DNA from: Candidatus Omnitrophota bacterium
GTDB lineage: Bacteria > Omnitrophota > Gorgyraeia > 2-01-FULL-45-10
Length of the DNA stretch: 32,000 nucleotides
NCBI GenBank assembly: GCA_023818895.1
Contig: JAMWCX010000003.1
Location: forward strand, 210,001 to 242,000
Direction: 5' to 3'
Translations under genes and position numbers: made by a program
In this document: positions 27,874 through 32,000 of the stretch, piece by piece
How the letters are laid out: each line of letters starts with the position of its first letter
Position numbering within the stretch: the stretch's first letter is position 1
Notes under the pieces: generated by a model
Database searches by the model: none
What the model was told of the DNA's origin: nothing
What the model saw: the letters and a program-made list of their open reading frames with translations, nothing else

Positions 27874-28975
27874 GGATCGGCGCTCCTTTTTTCTGAAACA
27901 TTATTTTACCACGCGCAAGAACCAATTTTACATCAAAATCTTTATCAAATATTAATATATCGGCGTCCTTGCCATTCGCTATGGAACCTTTTCTCGAGTG
28001 CTCCCCCAACATCTTAGCTGGATTATACGATGCGAGCCTCACCGCCTCCGGCAAGGTCAGCCCGCAACAAACGGCGTTATGCACCGCTTTTATCATCGTA
28101 AGGCATGAGCCGGCAAGTTTTCCGTCACTAAATCGGTAAGCCCCTTTAAATTTGCGCACTCCTTTCTGATCGCATGCCTTGACTGAATCTGTAATCAATA
28201 CCACCTTACCCGGACCTTTGGCCCGCAAAAGAAGAAGGAACATGGCCGGGGGGACATGTATCCGGTCTAAGATCACTTCCGCCCATATCCTACCGTCGGA
28301 TATGACGGCTCCCGCTACGCCACCCTCCTTTCCTGCGGGAAGGCGCATGGCGTTAAAAAAATGCGTGGCATGGCGTATACCCGCCTCTACGCCTTTAATA
28401 GCTTGGATAGCGGTGGCATATGAATGACCTATCGATGGTATTATTCCTTTTTTGGAAAGCAGACTTATAAGCGGCAGGGCTCCTCCAAGCTCCGGCGCTA
28501 TCGTCACCATCTTTAGGGCAGGTGTGCATCGCTTGATTATCAAAGCCAGTTCTCTTTTATCAGGACGTCGTATATAACGCTTGTCTTGCGCGCCAGCTTT
28601 TTTTATGTTTATATACGGCCCTTCCAGACGAAAACCCAGCACCTCGCATCCCAGCCGATCTTCCTTCATAAAAGTCTTTATCTTCTGCGCCGTTTTAAAT
28701 ATCTCGTCAAGAGACGCGCATGAGACCGCCACAACTATAGCTGTTGTGCCATGTTTAACCTCGTATGGAAAGATATCGGCTGGATCACCGTGAATATGTG
28801 TGTCGATAAAACCCGGCGAGACGTAACAACACCGTGCATCTATTACAATATCGGCCTTCGTGCGGAGTATTTTCCCAACGGATTTTATCCTGGTGCCTTC
28901 TATCAAGACGGAAGAGCCTTTCAGCAGGCGGTCTTTAAGTATTATGTCTCCGTGATTAATCAGTATGGTGGGCAT
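27845..28975 (-). CDS. nagA: N-acetylglucosamine-6-phosphate deacetylase
   Basis: FIDTHIHG (HxH), LEGPYIN, IGHSYAT and HFFNAM motifs. I prefer the start at ATG 28975 (MPTILINHGDIILKD...) over the track start at 29020, by comparison with homologue N-termini. Neither start has a clear SD. The 3' end overlaps glmS by 29 nt. Confidence 0.85.
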   Translation of the reverse strand: MPTILINHGDIILKDRLLKGSSVLIEGTRIKSVGKILRTKADIVIDARCCYVSPGFIDTHIHGDPADIFPYEVKHGTTAIVVAVSCASLDEIFKTAQKIKTFMKEDRLGCEVLGFRLEGPYINIKKAGAQDKRYIRRPDKRELALIIKRCTPALKMVTIAPELGGALPLISLLSKKGIIPSIGHSYATAIQAIKGVEAGIRHATHFFNAMRLPAGKEGGVAGAVISDGRIWAEVILDRIHVPPAMFLLLLRAKGPGKVVLITDSVKACDQKGVRKFKGAYRFSDGKLAGSCLTMIKAVHNAVCCGLTLPEAVRLASYNPAKMLGEHSRKGSIANGKDADILIFDKDFDVKLVLARGKIMFQKKGAPIHVRYSGLHR

Positions 28976-29058
28976 AAGTGGATAGAATTGCAAAAGAATG
29001 GCCGCGCCATCATGAAGCATGGTTTGACTTCGAGTCCCTCAGGCGCCCTGCCGCAAAC

Positions 29059-29136
29059 TGGCGTCCCCAACCGGATTTGAACCGGTGTTCTCAGAATGAA
29101 AATCTGATGTCCTGGACCGGACTAGACGATGGGGAC
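29059..29136 (-). tRNA. tRNA-Glu (anticodon TTC), CCA encoded
   Basis: Minus strand reads GTCCCCA TC GTCT AGTCCGGTCC AGGAC A TCAGA TTTTCAT TCTGA GAAC ACCGG TTCAAAT CCGGT TGGGGAC G CCA. Complete cloverleaf. Confidence 0.95.
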
Positions 29137-29209
29137 GATAAAACCAAAATCCAAAAATATCAAAATTATGATAACGCCGCGCGGCGCAAATCAGGTTAAG
29201 GCTACTATT

Positions 29210-31801
29210 TTACTTCATCGGGTGTTTTTTTCCAGCCTTTTCTTTCGGGGCCGTCTTCTTTTTACTCTCTTCCTTCGTTTCCTTAGCAGGCTCCGCCTTC
29301 GGCTCGGTTTTTAGCGAAGTAGCCGGGCCAGCGTTTGTTCCGACGGTAGGGGCTTCTCCCGCCGCCTTATCTTCCTCTTCCTCCGGCACGATTTTGGCAA
29401 CTGACGCAACCCTGTCGCCGGGATCAAGTCTCATTAGACGAACCCCCTGTGTAGAGCGGCCGGTTGTCCTTATATCCTTTACTGGCGAACGGACTATCAT
29501 GCCCTTTTCCGTTATGAGCATGAGTTCGTCTTTATCGGAGACGGCGTTAAGGCCGACTGCCTCACCGTTTTTACCGGTCACTTTTATATTGATAATGCCT
29601 TTGCCGCCGCGGGATTGCAACCTATATTCTTTGAAATCTGTGCGCTTGCCGAAGCCTTGGGCTGTTACCGTAAGAACGGTCTGTTCTGGCTTCACAACTT
29701 CCATGCCGATCACAGAATCCTTCTTCCCCAGCCCTATGCCCCGCACACCTTTTGCAGCCCTGCCCATTTCCCGGACTTGCGACTCCTTGAAACGGATCGC
29801 CTTCCCTTCCTTTGTAGCTATAAGGATCTCCTGATTGCCATCCGTCATTTTTACATCAATAAGCTCATCGCCGGGTTCGAGGCCTATTCCTATTATGCCG
29901 CCCTTGCGAGGATTTGAATAAGCGCTAAGCGCCGTCTTTTTGACAAGACCGGCTTTGGTTACCATCATAAGGAAGTAGCCCTCCTTAAATTCCCTCACCG
30001 GTACGAAAGCGCTTATCTTTTCGCCGCTTGCGAGCGAAAGAAGATTGACTATCGCCTTTCCTTTGGATGTCCTGCCGGCCTCTGGTATTTCATGGACCTT
30101 GAGCCAGTGGACATTTCCTTTGTCGGTGAAGAAAAGCATGTAGTCATGGGTGGAGGCGATGAAAAGATGTTCGACAAAATCCTCATCCTTTATCTCCGCT
30201 CCCGTGACGCCCTTGCCGCCGCGGCGCTGCTTGCGATAACTTGAGACTGGAAGCCTCTTGATATATCCTCCATGGCTCATAGTTATCACGACATCTTCTT
30301 CTGCTATCAGATCCTCTATCTCTAACTCTTCCGCTTCCGGTGCTATCTCGGTCCGGCGTTCATCACCGAATTTTTCGGCGAGTTCCCTGGTCTCCTGTTT
30401 TATTATTTCAAGCACCTTCTTTTCGCTGGCGAGTATCGACTTATAATATTCTATCTTCTTTATGAGCTCGAGATACTCTTTATCTATTTTGTCGCGCTCC
30501 AGACCCGTCAGTCGCTGAAGTTGCATCTCAAGGATCGCCTGCGCCTGCCTGTCGGAAAGCTCAAATTTTTTCATGAGCTCTTCTTTGGCAACCTGCGGAT
30601 CCTTAGATTCTTTTATTATCTTGATGACCCTGTCGAGATTCTTTAAAGCCACTTTAAGCCCTTCGAGTATGTGGGCCCTTTCGAGAGCTTTATCCAGGTC
30701 GAAGCGCGTCCTGCGAATCACCACATCCTTACGATGGCGGATAAATTCTTCTATAACTTCTTTCAGGTTGAGGACCTTCGGCCTTCCGTCAACGAGCGCT
30801 AGCATTATAACCCCGAAGGTCACCTGCATTTGGGTGTGCTTGTAGAGCTGGTTCAGAACGACTCTCGCTATCGTGCCCCTGCGAAGCTCTATGACGATCC
30901 TCATACCATCCTTATCGGATTCGTCGCGCAGGTCTGTAATTCCGTCGATCTTCTTCTCCTGGACAAGATTGGCTATCGACTCAATAAGGTTGGCCTTGTT
31001 GACCATGTAGGGTATCTCTTTTATGATGATGGCCTCTTTGCCGCTCTTCTGTTCCTCTATATACGCCTTGGCATGTATCTTTAAAAGGCCCCTGCCCGTC
31101 GTGTAGGCCCTGCGGATGCCCTCAAGCCCCCTAACGATGCCGCCCGTTGGGAAGTCGGGCCCTTTTATCTTTCTTATGAGCGCGCTTATGTCACAATCTG
31201 GCTCATCGATGACATGCGTAATGGCCTCAGCGACTTCCTTCAAGTTGTGCGGCGGAATATTCGTGGCCATCCCGACCGCTATGCCGCTGGAGCCGTTAAC
31301 AAGAAGATTGGGCAGGCATGAAGGAAGCACCTTCGGCTCCTCAAGAGACCCGTCGAAATTCGGCGTAAAATCAACGGTGTTTTTGTCTATATCAAGGAGC
31401 ATCCAATCTGTAATGTGCTCAAGGCGCGCCTCTGTATACCTCATAGCGGCAGGTGCATCGCCGTCGATAGAACCGAAGTTGCCTTGACCGTCCACAAGGG
31501 GATATCGCAGGCTGAAATCCTGCGCCATCCTGACAAGCGTATCGTACACGGCAACATCGCCGTGGGGGTGGTATTTACCAAGCACCTCTCCGACGATACG
31601 AGCGCTCTTTTTATAGGGCTTGTTATGCTCTACTCCGAGCTCCCGCATAGCGTAGAGGACCCTCCTGTGAACAGGTTTCAGTCCGTCACGAATATCTGGG
31701 AGCGCCCTACCCACTATTACGCTCATTGCGTAATTTATATAGGAGTCCTTCATCTCCTCTTCGATGTATACTGGTAACACCTTTTCATTTAACGCGTACA
31801 T
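29210..31801 (-). CDS. gyrA: DNA gyrase subunit A
   Basis: The N-terminal ...[29 protein letters not shown]...AAMRYTE contains the catalytic Tyr region. A GyrA-box-like QRRGGKG is present in the CTD. 863 aa including an unusual charged C-terminal tail. Confidence 0.97.
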   Translation of the reverse strand: MYALNEKVLPVYIEEEMKDSYINYAMSVIVGRALPDIRDGLKPVHRRVLYAMRELGVEHNKPYKKSARIVGEVLGKYHPHGDVAVYDTLVRMAQDFSLRYPLVDGQGNFGSIDGDAPAAMRYTEARLEHITDWMLLDIDKNTVDFTPNFDGSLEEPKVLPSCLPNLLVNGSSGIAVGMATNIPPHNLKEVAEAITHVIDEPDCDISALIRKIKGPDFPTGGIVRGLEGIRRAYTTGRGLLKIHAKAYIEEQKSGKEAIIIKEIPYMVNKANLIESIANLVQEKKIDGITDLRDESDKDGMRIVIELRRGTIARVVLNQLYKHTQMQVTFGVIMLALVDGRPKVLNLKEVIEEFIRHRKDVVIRRTRFDLDKALERAHILEGLKVALKNLDRVIKIIKESKDPQVAKEELMKKFELSDRQAQAILEMQLQRLTGLERDKIDKEYLELIKKIEYYKSILASEKKVLEIIKQETRELAEKFGDERRTEIAPEAEELEIEDLIAEEDVVITMSHGGYIKRLPVSSYRKQRRGGKGVTGAEIKDEDFVEHLFIASTHDYMLFFTDKGNVHWLKVHEIPEAGRTSKGKAIVNLLSLASGEKISAFVPVREFKEGYFLMMVTKAGLVKKTALSAYSNPRKGGIIGIGLEPGDELIDVKMTDGNQEILIATKEGKAIRFKESQVREMGRAAKGVRGIGLGKKDSVIGMEVVKPEQTVLTVTAQGFGKRTDFKEYRLQSRGGKGIINIKVTGKNGEAVGLNAVSDKDELMLITEKGMIVRSPVKDIRTTGRSTQGVRLMRLDPGDRVASVAKIVPEEEEDKAAGEAPTVGTNAGPATSLKTEPKAEPAKETKEESKKKTAPKEKAGKKHPMK

Positions 31802-31809
31802 GTCTCTCC

Positions 31810-32000
31810 TTATATATCCAGAACTTTGACCTCATGAGCGTGTTTCTCGATGAATTCGCGCCGCGGTTCGACCGCCTCGCCCATGAGTATCGTAAACATA
31901 GAATCCGCCTCCACAGCGTCTTCCAGTGTTACTTTAAGAAGCGTGCGCCTTTCCGGATCCATGGTCGTCTCCCAAAGTTGATGCGGGTTCATCTCTCCGA
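31810..32000 (-). CDS. gyrB: DNA gyrase subunit B, C-terminal ~63 codons; the 5' part lies beyond the right window edge
   Basis: ...[60 protein letters not shown] is the conserved GyrB C-terminus (LMGDxVEPRRxFI...NLDI/V). The reading frame is open to the window edge. The stop lies 8 nt before the gyrA ATG. Confidence 0.93.
   Translation of the reverse strand, partial: GEMNPHQLWETTMDPERRTLLKVTLEDAVEADSMFTILMGEAVEPRREFIEKHAHEVKVLDI

Noticed and set aside
26014-28975. glmS ribozyme upstream of glmS
   Set aside because: The sequence immediately upstream of glmS is nagA coding sequence (29-nt overlap), so no leader exists. No ribozyme-like core was seen.
29137-29209. GC palindrome CGCCGCGCGGCG (29175-29186) as a gyrA terminator, and AT-rich hexamers as a tRNA-Glu promoter
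   Set aside because: As a hairpin it gives only about a 4-bp stem with a 4-nt loop and no proper U-tract. The candidate -35/-10 pairs (TTTGCG/TAATTT and similar) match consensus poorly. I cannot support either call from sequence alone.

Overview
Every gene I can support in this window is on the minus strand, with intergenic gaps mostly under 80 nt. The content is mainly housekeeping. I could not find a CRISPR array, transposase, integrase, prophage remnant or recognisable defence island. Reading right to left in the direction of transcription: (1) the gyrB 3' end and gyrA. (2) tRNA-Glu, then nagA-glmS-rsmI and a family-1 glycosyltransferase. (3) A perfect sigma-70 consensus promoter and a PyrR-type attenuator leader, driving pyrR-pyrB-pyrC-[Mut7-C/PIN-like protein + endonuclease-Q-like PHP/Zn-ribbon protein]-pyrK-pyrD-pyrF-pyrE. 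(4) Only 13 nt later, a seven-gene V-type ATPase operon (E, DUF2764-like, A, B, D, I, K), then tRNA-Val, a small GIY-YIG nuclease gene, tRNA-Asp and one strong intrinsic terminator. (5) A PAP2 phosphatase and a sodium:solute symporter. (6) A second perfect consensus promoter, a cobalamin riboswitch with a terminator expression platform, and btuB-btuF-btuC-btuD-cobU-cobT; cobT runs off the left edge. The gene order (E-DUF2764-A-B-D-I-K), a TonB-dependent receptor and moderate GC suggest a diderm, possibly PVC-like, but I cannot assign taxonomy from sequence alone. I do not see a convincing wholly new multi-gene system. The best candidate is the translationally coupled PIN-like plus EndoQ-like nuclease pair, which sits exactly where carbamoyl-phosphate synthetase genes sit in canonical pyr operons. 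Secondary points are a dual PyrR-box leader, a full Na+-ligand signature in the V-ATPase proteolipid, an apparently terminator-free pyr/V-ATPase/tRNA gene string, and a GIY-YIG gene sandwiched between two tRNAs. All family assignments come from motif recognition by eye and need HMM or BLAST confirmation.
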